From Nibricoccus sp. (lineage in GTDB: Bacteria > Verrucomicrobiota > Verrucomicrobiia > Opitutales > Opitutaceae), in contig JASGHG010000001.1 of NCBI GenBank assembly GCA_047602425.1, forward strand, positions 3,008,001 to 3,072,000: a stretch of DNA of 64,000 bases. Reading direction: 5' to 3'. The position numbers and the translations under genes are program-made. Below are positions 1-11,500 of the stretch, piece after piece; the stretch's first letter is position 1, and each line of letters starts with the position of its first letter. The notes under the pieces are model-generated. The model ran no database searches. It had not been told where the DNA came from and was given only the letters and a program-made list of their open reading frames with translations.

Positions 1-1
1 G

Positions 2-1570
2 CGGGTGCTTGAGCAGTATCCAGGATCTCAATACCGCGGACACGCCTTGGGCGTGCTCACCGGCGTGAATTGGGAGCAGCTTCGCTACCGCAGCGCCGCC
101 AGTCAGGCCGCCAAAGCCCGCGAAGCTCTGCAGCCGGGCGAGAGCCGCGCGCAACTCGGCGTGCTGCTGGCTGAGGCCTGGTTTCGAGCGGGCATGGCTT
201 CCCACGCCGCGGCCGACTATCGTACCGCGGCCGATGCTTATGCCGCCACGCTCAACGAAGTGCCATCCAGCGTGGAACCCGGGGTTTTGATGTTTCAACG
301 CCTTGTCGCCGAGGTCGAAGTCGCCAACGCGGAAGAAGGGAAAGCCGATCGTTTTGCCCGCGCGCAAATGCTGCTCGATCAAATGGGAGCCGATCCGCGT
401 TTCGATGCGGTAAATCGTTGGAAAGCGGAGTGGAACCTTTCGCGCAGCCTTGAGGCAGCCGGTGAAATCGCGAAGGCCTACGAGCGCGTCAACAAATTGC
501 TCGGAGCCAACGGCGACACCTCCAAATTGCCGGCCGACCTCAGGGCTCAACTGCGCTGGCTCCAAGCGAGCCTTTCCTTCAAAGCCGGCGAACCCGCCCG
601 CACGCTGACGCTCGCTAACCAATTGCTTGATGCCTTGGACGGCGTCGAGACAGGGCTGCGTTCGCAGATCGCCAGCATGACGCTGTTGCTTCAGGCTCAG
701 GCCAATTTCACGCTCACGCCGCCGCGACCGGACGACGCTTCGGAACGCTTGCGCAAACTCCGCGCCGAATATCCCCGCGCCGACGCCACGATTTACTCCT
801 ACCTCGTCGAGGCGGAGGAGAAGGCTCACAAAGGCCAACTCGTTGAGGCTCAGGCCACATTGCAAACTCTCGCCGACAATCCCGAGTACGCCAACAGTTC
901 TTACGTGCCCTATGCCCTTTATCAAGCGGCTCTCTATGCTGAGCGTCGCGCCCAGGAAAAATTCCTGACCGAGGCTTTCAACATCCTCGATCGGCTCGTT
1001 AAAAAATATCCCAGCAGCGAACTTCAATTTTATGCCCGCATGAAACAGGGCAACCTTCTGCGGCAGACCAGCGATTATCCAGGCGCCCAGAACCACTTCG
1101 CTCTGCTGGTGAACGACTTTCCCCAGCACCAAGACGTCTCAGCGGCCCGGCTGGCTCTGGCCGATTGTCACGCGGCGCAGGCTGCTTCCGACATATCGCA
1201 CCAGGAACGGGCCGCGACGATTTATGAATCGCTCGTCGTTTCATTGAGCACGCCCACCGATATCCGCGCAGAGGCCGGGTATAAATATGGCTTAAACCTC
1301 GCCCGGCGCGGCAACGGCGACCGGGCTCGTGAAGAATGGGTGCGGCTCATCACCAGTATCCTGCCCGACGACAGCAAAGCGGAAGCTCTCGGCGCCAAAG
1401 GACGTTTTTGGGTTTCCAAAACGCTTTTCGATCTCGGTGATCTGCTCGAACGCCAGCATAAACCCGAGGAGGCCCAAGTCGCTTATGACAAGATCATCAC
1501 CAAGGCCTTGCCCCAAGCCGCCTTGGCCAAAGAGCGGCTCGCTAACCTTCGTTCGCAAAAAAACCCGTAA
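2..1570 (+). CDS. Tetratricopeptide-repeat protein (5' end lies outside the window); CpoB/BamD-like periplasmic TPR scaffold
   Basis: Open frame from the window start; Ala/Leu-rich helical repeats with 'kYPsS', 'dFPqH', 'EAgYKyG' TPR-type turns; directly upstream of exbB/exbD-like genes. Confidence 0.75.
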   Translation, partial: RVLEQYPGSQYRGHALGVLTGVNWEQLRYRSAASQAAKAREALQPGESRAQLGVLLAEAWFRAGMASHAAADYRTAADAYAATLNEVPSSVEPGVLMFQRLVAEVEVANAEEGKADRFARAQMLLDQMGADPRFDAVNRWKAEWNLSRSLEAAGEIAKAYERVNKLLGANGDTSKLPADLRAQLRWLQASLSFKAGEPARTLTLANQLLDALDGVETGLRSQIASMTLLLQAQANFTLTPPRPDDASERLRKLRAEYPRADATIYSYLVEAEEKAHKGQLVEAQATLQTLADNPEYANSSYVPYALYQAALYAERRAQEKFLTEAFNILDRLVKKYPSSELQFYARMKQGNLLRQTSDYPGAQNHFALLVNDFPQHQDVSAARLALADCHAAQAASDISHQERAATIYESLVVSLSTPTDIRAEAGYKYGLNLARRGNGDRAREEWVRLITSILPDDSKAEALGAKGRFWVSKTLFDLGDLLERQHKPEEAQVAYDKIITKALPQAALAKERLANLRSQKNP

Positions 1571-1644
1571 AGAAAATATAAACCTGCTCGCTGTTTCTGG
1601 CGTTTCCGCCCTAGCTTCATGTCCATTGAGACCGTGCCAATCTA

Positions 1645-2373
1645 ATGTCCGCCTTTGATTTCAGTTTTTTTTCCGATGGTGGCCCGATGATGATCGTCGT
1701 GCTGCTCGTCGCGCTCGTGTCGCTCGTGATCTTTATCGAGCGGACGCTCTTCCTGCACCGCAGCCAGATCCGCTCCAAGCAGTTCATCGACGGCATTAAA
1801 AACGCCCTCGCCAAACGCCGCGTGGTGGAAGCCCTTACGCTTTGTGAAGAAGCGCCCGGCCCTGTGCCCTCCGTTGTCAAGGCGGCCTTGCTCAACGCCT
1901 CCGAAGACGCGGACGCGATGCGTTTTGCCGTCCAAGAGGCGGCCGTGGTCGAAATTCCCTCGCTTGAACGCCGCTTGGGTTCGCTTGCCGCGCTCGCGCA
2001 AATTATGCCTTTGGTCGGCCTCCTTGGGACCTTGCTTGGCATGATCTCGACCTTCCACGCCTTTATGCAAGGCGGACAATACGCGACTGCGCACGCTCTC
2101 GCCAGCGGCATGTGGCAAGCGCTCATCACGACGACCGCCAGCCTCATCGTAGCCATACCGATCCACCTTGGTTATCATTTCCTCAGTGGAAGGGTTCGGG
2201 CAATCGTGCGCGACGTCGAATGGTCCGGCAACGAGATCATGCAGTACCTCCTGACGGACTATCGCGATGGCGGTTCTTCCAACGGTGAACCCGCGAAGCC
2301 CGCTCCGACTCCCTCGCCGGTCGAACCGAAAATCCTGCCGACCATCACTGCCCGTGATCACGCGTCCGCTTGA
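1645..2373 (+). CDS. MotA/TolQ/ExbB proton-channel family protein
   Basis: N-terminal TM 'GGPMMIVVLL...IFIER'; signature 'PLVGLLGTLLGMI' and 'GMWQALITT'. Confidence 0.92.
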   Translation: MSAFDFSFFSDGGPMMIVVLLVALVSLVIFIERTLFLHRSQIRSKQFIDGIKNALAKRRVVEALTLCEEAPGPVPSVVKAALLNASEDADAMRFAVQEAAVVEIPSLERRLGSLAALAQIMPLVGLLGTLLGMISTFHAFMQGGQYATAHALASGMWQALITTTASLIVAIPIHLGYHFLSGRVRAIVRDVEWSGNEIMQYLLTDYRDGGSSNGEPAKPAPTPSPVEPKILPTITARDHASA

Positions 2374-2824
2374 TCTTTTGTCGAAGTTGCGGTCGCCGCC
2401 GCGGAATTACGACGTCCTGTTCCTCGTGAACGGCGCGTTGATCGCATTGTTTTTCTCCATCTTTGGCTCGCGCTTCATCCTGTCGCCGGGCCTGAGCGTG
2501 GACAATACGGAGTTCACGCTGCGCAAAACTCCCAACGCCATGGGGGACCTCGTGGCCACACGCGTCACCATCAGCGTCAACGCCAACGGCCAGATTTGGG
2601 GCGACACTGGTTTGATCAACGAATCGAACCTCAAGGAATGGCTGACGCAACAGGCCAAGCGCGCTCCGGGTTCGATTCTGCTCATTATTGGAGATAGCCG
2701 CGCCTCCGTGGACGTTTGTGCCAACATCGCTGAAACCGCCGTCGCGGTGGGTTTTGCCGGAGTGCACATTGCCGCCCAGCAAGCTTCGGCCGCACCGGCG
2801 CCGGAAGTGACATTCCCGAAATGA
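2354..2824 (+). CDS. ExbD/TolR family protein (GTG start 2354)
   Basis: Single N-terminal TM, then 'VTISVNANGQIW' and 'LLIIGDSRAS' ExbD-like periplasmic domain; overlaps the end of the exbB-like gene. Confidence 0.8.
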   Translation: MITRPLDLLSKLRSPPRNYDVLFLVNGALIALFFSIFGSRFILSPGLSVDNTEFTLRKTPNAMGDLVATRVTISVNANGQIWGDTGLINESNLKEWLTQQAKRAPGSILLIIGDSRASVDVCANIAETAVAVGFAGVHIAAQQASAAPAPEVTFPK

Positions 2825-3555
2825 GCGCTGCGAAAGGGCAGGGGAATACGCTGTGGATAGCCATTGGTGTGGCCTTGGTGCTGGCGGGGGTCATCCTTTT
2901 CACCCTCACGCAGGTGCGGCTTCCGAAAACCGTCGCGGTCAAACCAATACCAACCGCCACGCCCAAACCGCCGGTCGCGATAACGCGAATCGGAGCCGAC
3001 GACAATTTCCTGTTCTACGATCCGAACATGCTCTTCCGGCCCACGGCGATCAACAACAGCGACCCCGCGTTGCCCGCCAGCTTTCGCCGTGAACCTGGAC
3101 ATGCGCTCAAGGCCATTCCGGAAAAGCTCACTTTCGCCCAGTACGAAATGAAAATCGTGCTGCCGGAACCAATTCAAACCCCTACAGACGCGGTGCAAGC
3201 GGTGCAGGTGGGGGAGGCGCCGAATCCCTTCTTCGCTTTCGGTCGGGTCAATTTCCCCTTCACGCCCCTCAGTCCCCGCCTCGCGTTTCTTGAAGTTTTG
3301 CAGACCCGCACTGGCCGCCTTGTGCTCTCCGCGCCCCTGAAGGCTTCGCCGGAGGAAAAATTTCCCGCAGTCGATTGGCAGCCGCTCGAAATGGTCGTGG
3401 CTGTAGAACCGGCCGGACTAATTGGTGAACCGGCCGTTACCAACGGCTCGGGCTTTGAAGAAGTGGATCGTTATTTTCGCGATTTGCTCTTGCGTCAGTT
3501 CCGCCTTGGAGCACGGTTGCCGCCCGGATTTTATACGTTGCGCATAGGCCCATAG
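2821..3555 (+). CDS. Membrane-anchored Pro-rich protein with TonB/TolA-like C-terminus
   Basis: N-terminal TM, Pro-rich linker, C-terminal 'VAVEPAGLIGEPAVTNGSGFEEVD' resembling the TonB C-domain SSG..lD motif; ATGA overlap with the exbD-like gene. Confidence 0.55.
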   Translation: MSAAKGQGNTLWIAIGVALVLAGVILFTLTQVRLPKTVAVKPIPTATPKPPVAITRIGADDNFLFYDPNMLFRPTAINNSDPALPASFRREPGHALKAIPEKLTFAQYEMKIVLPEPIQTPTDAVQAVQVGEAPNPFFAFGRVNFPFTPLSPRLAFLEVLQTRTGRLVLSAPLKASPEEKFPAVDWQPLEMVVAVEPAGLIGEPAVTNGSGFEEVDRYFRDLLLRQFRLGARLPPGFYTLRIGP

Positions 3556-3583
3556 GAATTTGCGAAATTCATCATAATTTCAG

Positions 3584-3612
3584 TTGACGGGTGAAAATGC
3601 GACCTTCACGTT
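3584..3612 (+). promoter_or_regulatory. Putative sigma70 promoter of the tRNA-Thr-tuf operon
   Basis: TTGACG-N17-CACGTT about 40 nt upstream of the tRNA. Confidence 0.45.
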
Positions 3613-3652
3613 CTTCGCTCTTTTTCATGTTTTTTGATCCAACCCTTAGTCT

Positions 3653-3728
3653 GCCCAGATAGCTCAGTTGGCAGAGCACGTCCTTGGTAAGGACGAGGTC
3701 GCCGGTTCAAATCCGGTTCTGGGCTCCA
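3653..3728 (+). tRNA. tRNA-Thr(GGT)
   Basis: 76-nt cloverleaf GCCCAGA...TCTGGGC-T-CCA, anticodon loop TTGGTAA, GTTCAAA T-loop. Confidence 0.97.
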
Positions 3729-3799
3729 GGGTCAGCGTCGGTGACTTCCCGACGTTAAAACGAGGTCAATCAACATCTAACTCACAACGTCTAAACTCC

Positions 3800-4990
<1,191 letters not shown>

Positions 4991-5071
4991 GGTCGTAACA
5001 TTGTCCAAATTCCGACCGCCGAGGCCTCCCAAAGGGGCCTCGGCTGCGTCGTCTAAAAACCATAATATCAC

Positions 5072-5147
5072 AGGCGTGTAGCTCAATTGGTAGAGTAGCG
5101 GTCTCCAAAACCGTTGGTTGGGGGTTCGATTCCCTCCGCGCCTGCCA
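5072..5147 (+). tRNA. tRNA-Trp(CCA)
   Basis: 76-nt cloverleaf AGGCGTG...CGCGCCT-G-CCA, anticodon loop CTCCAAA; classic position before secE. Confidence 0.97.
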
Positions 5148-5158
5148 AGTTTCCCACC

Positions 5159-5374
5159 ATGAAAAACCCTTTCCGCAGCACCCGCATTTTCTTCGGCGAA
5201 ATGGTCGACGAATTGAAGAAAGCCACTTGGCCCACCCGCCAGGAGCTGCGCGATTCCACGATCGTTGTCATCGTGGCGGCGGTCATTCTCGGCCTGTTCA
5301 CCAGCATTAGCGACTTCGCCCTCTACCAAGTCGTCGACCTTTTCACCGGCCTCGTGACCAAGCTGGCCAGCTAA
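5159..5374 (+). CDS. secE: Preprotein translocase subunit SecE
   Basis: 'ELKKATWPTRQEL' motif plus one TM; between tRNA-Trp and nusG. Confidence 0.95.
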   Translation: MKNPFRSTRIFFGEMVDELKKATWPTRQELRDSTIVVIVAAVILGLFTSISDFALYQVVDLFTGLVTKLAS

Positions 5375-5384
5375 AACCTAACCT

Positions 5385-5964
5385 ATGTCCGCTCAAACGA
5401 CAGTTCCCGCCGACGCCCAGTGGTTCGCCGTCCACACGCTTTCCGGTCAGGAAAACAAGGTTAAACTCTACATCGAGAAGTTCAAAAAGCAGGAAGAACT
5501 CGAAGACTACATCTTTGAAATCCTCCTCCCCACCGAGGTCGTTTCCGAGGTCAAAGGCGGCAAAAAGACCACCAAGACCCGCAAGCTCTACCCGGGCTAC
5601 GTCTTCCTCCAGATGAAGCTCTATGGCGAAGACAAAAAGGTCATCAACAAGCCGTGGTACTTCGTCAAAGAAGTTGCCGGCGTGATCGGCTTTGTCGGCG
5701 GTGATCATCCTGCGGCCCTTCGTCAGTCCGAGATCGACGAAATTCGCTCCCGCATCGAAGCCGCCAGCGGCAAGGAAGTGCCGAAAGTTCAGTACGAAAC
5801 CGGGGAGGAAGTTAAAATCAACGACGGCGCTTTCGCCAACCTCACCGGACCGCATCGACGAAATCGATCCTGCGCGCGGCAAACTCAAAATCTCCGTCTC
5901 CATTTTCGGCCGTTTCACCCCGGTCGAACTCGAATACTGGCAAGTCCAGCGCATCACCGATTAA
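5385..5964 (+). CDS. nusG: Transcription termination/antitermination factor NusG (apparent +1 frameshift near 5849)
   Basis: WFAVHTLSGQENKV, LYPGYVF, GVIGFVGG; the KOW C-terminus 'IDEIDPARGKLKISVSIFGRFTPVELEYWQV' continues in the next frame. Confidence 0.95.
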
Positions 5965-5968
5965 TTTT

Positions 5969-6065
5969 TCGACTGGTGATATACGATTTCTGATTTCCTG
6001 CGCCTCTCTCGAAATCCGATCGGAATCAAAGGTCTCAAATCACAAATCATAAGTCCCAAGTCACA
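5969..6065. repeat. Heptamer-periodic imperfect inverted repeat cassette
   Basis: Right arm AATCAAA GGTCTCA AATCACA AATCATA AGTCCCA AGTCACA (6024-6065); left arm 5969-5997 is a degenerate reverse complement. Confidence 0.7.
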
Positions 6066-6076
6066 AGGTTCCTAAC

Positions 6077-6502
6077 ATGGCCAAGAAGATCCAAGGTTAC
6101 ATCCGTCTCCAGCTTCCCGCTGGCGCCGCCAATCCCGCTCCTCCCGTCGGTCCCGCACTCGGTGCCCAGGGCGTCAACATCATGGCGTTCTGTAAGGAGT
6201 TTAACGCCAAGACCAAAGACCAGAACGGCATGATTCTGCCGGTCGTCATCACGGTCTACTCCGACAAGAGCTTCACTTTCATCCTCAAGTCCCCGCCGGC
6301 TTCGGTTCTTCTCAAGAAGGCCGCCAACATCGCCGCTGGTTCCGCCAAGCCGAATCAAGATAAGGTCGGCAAGGTCACCAAAAAGCAGCTCGCCGAGATC
6401 TATAAAATCAAGATCAAGGACCTCAACGCCAAGGACGAGGCCGCTGGTATCAAGATCATCGCCGGCACCGCCCGCAACATGGGCATCGAGGTCGTCGACT
6501 AA
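6077..6502 (+). CDS. rplK: 50S ribosomal protein L11
   Basis: [25 protein letters not shown]. Confidence 0.99.
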   Translation: MAKKIQGYIRLQLPAGAANPAPPVGPALGAQGVNIMAFCKEFNAKTKDQNGMILPVVITVYSDKSFTFILKSPPASVLLKKAANIAAGSAKPNQDKVGKVTKKQLAEIYKIKIKDLNAKDEAAGIKIIAGTARNMGIEVVD

Positions 6503-6553
6503 ACCTTTTGGGACGCCGGCCCCGTCGGCGTCTCGTTCTCAACCCTAACTCAC

Positions 6554-6591
6554 CGCGGGAGTCTCGCCCGAGACGTTCGCACCGCAAGGAG
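6554..6591 (+). promoter_or_regulatory. Putative L1 autoregulatory leader overlapping the rplA RBS
   Basis: GCGGGAG-[GTCTC..GAGAC hairpin]-..ACCGC immediately before AAGGAG; position between rplK and rplA is typical of L1 sites. Confidence 0.5.
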
Positions 6592-6597
6592 TCATAA

Positions 6598-7296
6598 ATG
6601 CCAACAAAAGCCAGTAAACGTTATCGCAGCGCCGTTCAGGTCGCTGATCTCACCAAGGACTATCCGCTCAAGGAAGCAGTGGACATCCTCGCCAAGTTCC
6701 CGAAGGCCAAGTTCGACGAGACTGTTGAACTCTCCTTCTGCCTCGGCGTGGACGCCGCCTCCGGCGACCAAAATGTGCGCGGAACCACGCCCCTGCCGAA
6801 TGGTTCGGGTAAAAAGGTCCGCGTCCTCGTCTTCACTGACAACGCCAAAGCCGCCCTCGATGCTGGCGCTGATTACGCCGGTCTTCAGGACATGATGACC
6901 AAGATCAACGAAGGCTGGCTCGACTTCGATGTCGCCATCGCGACGACCGAAGCCATGAAAACCGTTCGTACGCTCGCCCGCGTCCTCGGTCCCAAGGGCC
7001 TCATGCCCAACCCGAAGTCCGGCACCGTCACCGACGACATTCCCGCTGGCATCAAGGCCGTCAAGGCCGGCCGCGTGGAGTTCAAGATGGACAAGACCGC
7101 CAATATCGGCGTCGGCATCGGCAAACGCTCTTTCACCCCCGCGCAGATCGTTGAAAACGCTGCCGCTGTGATCGACGCGATCGCAAAGGCCAAACCCGCC
7201 TCCTTCAAAGGTGGCATCTTCATCAAAACCGTCGCCCTTTCGTCCAGCCAGAGCCCGGCGGTCCACATCGCTTCGAGCGAATTCAACCAAGCCTAA
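6598..7296 (+). CDS. rplA: 50S ribosomal protein L1
   Basis: KFDETVEL, LGPKGLMPNPKSGTVT, KAGRVEFK. Confidence 0.99.
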   Translation: MPTKASKRYRSAVQVADLTKDYPLKEAVDILAKFPKAKFDETVELSFCLGVDAASGDQNVRGTTPLPNGSGKKVRVLVFTDNAKAALDAGADYAGLQDMMTKINEGWLDFDVAIATTEAMKTVRTLARVLGPKGLMPNPKSGTVTDDIPAGIKAVKAGRVEFKMDKTANIGVGIGKRSFTPAQIVENAAAVIDAIAKAKPASFKGGIFIKTVALSSSQSPAVHIASSEFNQA

Positions 7297-7310
7297 ACGA
7301 CCTCCCGACC

Positions 7311-7802
7311 ATGAGAGCCGAAAAACAATATTTGATCAGTGAGGTCGAGACCCACCTCAAGAAATCCGACTACGTCATCCTCGCGAACTTTTCCAAAGTC
7401 ACCGTTTCTGACGTCGCCGAACTCCGCAACAAACTCGCTGCTGAAAAAGCCGAGTTCCACGTCGTCAAGAACAGCTCGTTCCGCGTCGCGGCCAAGGCCC
7501 TCGGCCTGCCCGATCTCGGTACGCTGACTGGCCCGACCGCCGTCGTCGTCGGTGGCAAAAACCCCGCTGGCGTTGCGAAGATCCTCAAAAAGTTCATGGA
7601 GGAAAAGCAGAAGCTCGAAGTGAAGATTGGCGTGATCGAAAAGAAAGCGATCAGCGCCGCCGACCTCTCCAAGATGGCCGATCTTCCTTCGATGGAAGCC
7701 CTCCGCTCCCAGCTGCTCGGCCTGTTCTCGCAGAACGCCGCCGCCTTCGTCCGCGTCCTCGACGCGAAAGTCAAAAAAGAGCAACCCGCTCCCGCCGCCT
7801 AA
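7311..7802 (+). CDS. rplJ: 50S ribosomal protein L10
   Basis: 'ELRNKL...FHVVKNS', 'LTGPTAV', 'MADLPS'; synteny. Confidence 0.97.
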   Translation: MRAEKQYLISEVETHLKKSDYVILANFSKVTVSDVAELRNKLAAEKAEFHVVKNSSFRVAAKALGLPDLGTLTGPTAVVVGGKNPAGVAKILKKFMEEKQKLEVKIGVIEKKAISAADLSKMADLPSMEALRSQLLGLFSQNAAAFVRVLDAKVKKEQPAPAA

Positions 7803-7942
7803 CCAACTTAAACCCTTTTCGAAGGCGTGGCGTCCATCGGCGCGTCTTCGGATCCCAACCATCCACCGAGGTCCTGACTAGAAGATACGTCTTTTAAACG
7901 CGTTTCACTCCCGAAACCGCTAGCCACCTCAAGGAGAAAATC

Positions 7943-8329
7943 ATGAGCACCATCACTAAAGACCAAGTCATCGAGTGGCTGTCCAGCCAGTCGGTCATCG
8001 ACCTAGCCGCCCTTGTTAAAGACCTCGAAGGCAAGTGGGGCGTTTCCGCCGCCGCTGCCGTTGCCGTCGCCGCTCCTGGCGCCGCCGCCGCTGGCGCAGC
8101 TCCCGCTGCCGAAGCGCAGACCGAGTTCACCGTTATCCTCAAGGAAAGCGGCGCGAACAAGATCGGCGTCATCAAGGAAGTCCGTGCCATCACCGGCTTG
8201 GGCCTCAAGGAAGCCAAAGACCTCGTCGAAGGCGCACCGAAGCCCGTCAAGGAAAACGCCCCGAAAGCCGAAGCCGAAGAAATCAAGAAGAAGCTCGAGG
8301 CTGCCGGCGCCAAGGTCGAACTCAAGTAA
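7943..8329 (+). CDS. rplL: 50S ribosomal protein L7/L12
   Basis: Ala hinge, [24 protein letters not shown]. Confidence 0.99.
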   Translation: MSTITKDQVIEWLSSQSVIDLAALVKDLEGKWGVSAAAAVAVAAPGAAAAGAAPAAEAQTEFTVILKESGANKIGVIKEVRAITGLGLKEAKDLVEGAPKPVKENAPKAEAEEIKKKLEAAGAKVELK

Positions 8330-8368
8330 GCGCTTGGCGATCAACGTCGCACACCGTTTTAACTTTTC

Positions 8369-8411
8369 AGGACAGGCCGTGTCTCTACGCGGCCTGTCCT
8401 TTGCCTTTTTT
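8369..8411 (+). terminator. Intrinsic terminator/attenuator between rplL and rpoB
   Basis: AGGACAGGCCGT...GCGGCCTGTCCT stem followed by TTGCCTTTTTT. Confidence 0.75.
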
Positions 8412-8528
8412 CAATTTTGTTCTTTGTTTGTTAACTCAGCCCCTGCTGGCCACGACCAAAACAGCAACCCGGCTGAACTTTTCGCGCTCCCGCGCACACG
8501 CTTTTCACTCAATTAACCGGGAACTCCC

Positions 8529-11500
8529 ATGTCTGATCGCGCAAACTTCGGTAAACTCCGTGAAGTCATCCAACCGCCAAATCTGATCGAAATTCAGATC
8601 ACGTCCTACCTGGACTTTTTGCAGAAAGGCGTTCCAGAAAAGCAGCGCAAGCCGCAAGGTCTTGAAGCCGTCTTCAAGGAAGTTTTCCCGATCGAATCCT
8701 ACGACGGACGTCTCGTCCTCGAGTACGTTTCCTACACCCTCGGCGAGCCCAAGAACACCGAGATCGAGTGTATCCGTGAAGGCATTACCTACTCGGTTCC
8801 CCTCTATGTGAAGCTCCGCCTCCGCGAAGAGGACTTCATCAAGGACGAGGAAATCTACATGGGCGAAATCCCCATGGTTACGGAGCGTGGTTCGTTCATC
8901 ATCAATGGCGCCGAGCGCGTCGTTGTTTCCCAGCTCCATCGTTCCCCCGGCATCGCGTTCGAAGTCACTCCGCACCCGAACGGCAAGCCGCTTCATTCTT
9001 TCCGCATCATCCCCGACCGCGGCACCTGGCTCGAAGTGCAGTTCGACAACAACGACCTGCTCTACGTCTACCTCGACCGCCGTCGTCGTCGCCGCAAGTT
9101 CCTCATCACGACCTTGCTTCGTTCGATTGGTTATAGCTCCGACATCGATATCCTCAATCTCTTCTACGAGATCAAGGACCTCAAAGTTTCCAAGGCCCTC
9201 GACATGGAAAACGTGTCGACCCTCGTGCTCGTTGAAGACGCCATCGACGCCCAGAAGGGTGTCGTGCTCGCCCGTGCGTTCGAACCCCTGACCAAGGCCG
9301 TCGTCCGCACCTTCGAGAAGCACGACATCACTACGATCCGCGTGATCGACACCGCGGTCGACGAAGGCGCCATCATCCGCGCCCTCAAGAAAGATCCGAC
9401 TCGCAACGAAGAGGAAGCGCTGAAGGAAATTTACAAGCGCCTCCGCCCAGGCGAACCACCGACCACCGCCAACGCCAAGGCGCTCCTCAAGCGTCTGTTC
9501 TTCGATCCGAAGCGTTACGATCTCGGTCGTGTCGGCCGCTACAAGATTAACCAGAAGCTTGGTCTAAAGGTCGATATCGAACAACGCATTCTCGAGAGCG
9601 GTGATGTTACCGCCGCCACCAAGTACCTCGTTCGGTTGAAGAAGGGTGAGGGCGTGGTCGACGACATCGATCACCTCGGCTCCCGCCGCGTCCGTACCGT
9701 CGGCGAACTGCTCGCCAACCAGTGTCGCGTCGGCCTCAGCCGCACCGAGCGTCTCGTTCGCGAACGCATGACGATGTATGACCAGAGCGTTGATTCGATC
9801 ACGCCGCAAAAGCTGATTAACCCAAAGGCTCTCACGACCGTCATCCGCGACTTCTTTGCCCGTTCGCAGCTGTCGCAGTTCATGGACCAGATCAACCCGC
9901 TCGCCGAGGTCACGCACAAGCGTCGTCTCTCCGCCCTCGGGCCTGGCGGTCTTAACCGCGAGCGCGCTGGCTTTGAAGTGCGCGACGTTCATCCGTCGCA
10001 CTACGGTCGCATTTGCCCGATTGAAACGCCTGAAGGTCCGAACATCGGCCTTATCAACTCCCTCTCGACCTACGCCCGCGTCAACGAATTCGGCTTCATC
10101 GAAACGCCTTACCGCGTGTGCAAGGAAGGTCGCGTCACCGACAAGATCGAATACCTCACTGCCGACCAGGAAGAAGGCAAGATCATCGCCCAGGCCAACT
10201 CAGAGCTCGACGAAAAGAATCATTTTGTCGGTAAGGTAACGGTTCGTCAGCAGGGCAACTTCCTCGAAGTTCCCGCCGCCGACGTCAACCTGATGGACGT
10301 TTCGCCCAAGCAGGTCATTTCGATCGCGGCCGGCATGATTCCGTTCCTTGAGCACGACGACGCCAACCGCGCGTTGATGGGCTCGAACATGCAACGCCAA
10401 GGCGTGCCGCTCCTTCAAGCCGAAGCTCCTTTCGTGGGAACCGGCATCGAGGAGCGTGTGGCCCGCGACTCCAAGATCGTCGTCGTCGCCGACGAAGCTG
10501 GTGTTGTCGCCTCCGCCGATGCCAAACGCATCGTTATCACCAAAGACGGCGAGCTCCCGAAGAATTTCGACAAGAGCCCGAAGAGCGATCCCAAGAGCCA
10601 CGTATTCGTTTACGAGCTCCGCAAGTTCATGCGCTCGAACGCCGGCACCTGCTTCAATCAGCGCCCCATCGTCAAGAAGGGCCAGAAGATCAAGGCCGGT
10701 GAAATCCTCGCCGACGGTCCTTGCACCGACAAGGGCGAGATGGCTCTCGGCCGCAACGTGCTCGTCGCGTTCATGCCTTGGAACGGTTACAACTTCGAAG
10801 ACGCCATCCTGATCTCCGAGAAAGTTCTCAAGGAAGACATCTTCACCTCGATCCACATTCAGGAATTCGAGGTCACCGCCCGCGACACCAAGCTCGGGCC
10901 TGAGGAAATCACGCGCGACATTCCGAACGTCGGTGAAGAGGCGCTCAAGAACCTCGATCATAACGGCGTCATCCGCGTCGGTGCCGAGGTCAAACCCGGC
11001 GATATTCTCGTCGGTAAGATCACGCCGAAGTCGGAAACCGAACTCGCTCCCGAAGAAAAGCTGCTCCGCGCCATCTTCGGTGAGAAAGCTGCCGACGTTA
11101 AGGACACCTCGCTCGTGGTTCCCTCCGGCGTCACCGGTATCATCATGGATGTGAAGGTCTCCAGCCGTATCGATTTCGAGAAGGAGAAACTCTCTCCCTC
11201 CGATCGCCGCCGCCAGACCAAGCAGATCCAGGAAGATTACAAAACTCAGATGGACAAGTTGCGCGAAGGACTCACCGAGGCCCTCTCCAACATCCTCCTC
11301 GGCGAAAAAATTCCGCTCGATGTCGTCAACGGTCAGTCCGGCGAAATCATCATCCCCGCCAACCGCAAGATCACCAAGACGCTCCTCCGCAAGCTCGCCG
11401 CCGTCTCCAAGCACGTCGAGATCGACCCGTCCCCGGTTCGCATCAAGATCATGGAGATCATCGGGTCCTACCAATCGAAGTTCGACGAACTCGAACAAGA

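Noticed and set aside
3668..3799. N-terminal extension of EF-Tu in the ORF track (similarly the secE ORF starting at 5114)
   Set aside because: These starts lie inside tRNA genes; the real starts are 3800 and 5159
5018..5044. Hairpin between tuf and tRNA-Trp as a terminator
   Set aside because: No U-tract; more likely an mRNA stabilising or processing stem
9850..9960. Rifampicin-resistance substitutions in rpoB cluster I
   Set aside because: Key residues (Q, D, H, R, S in [18 protein letters not shown]) are the usual sensitive type
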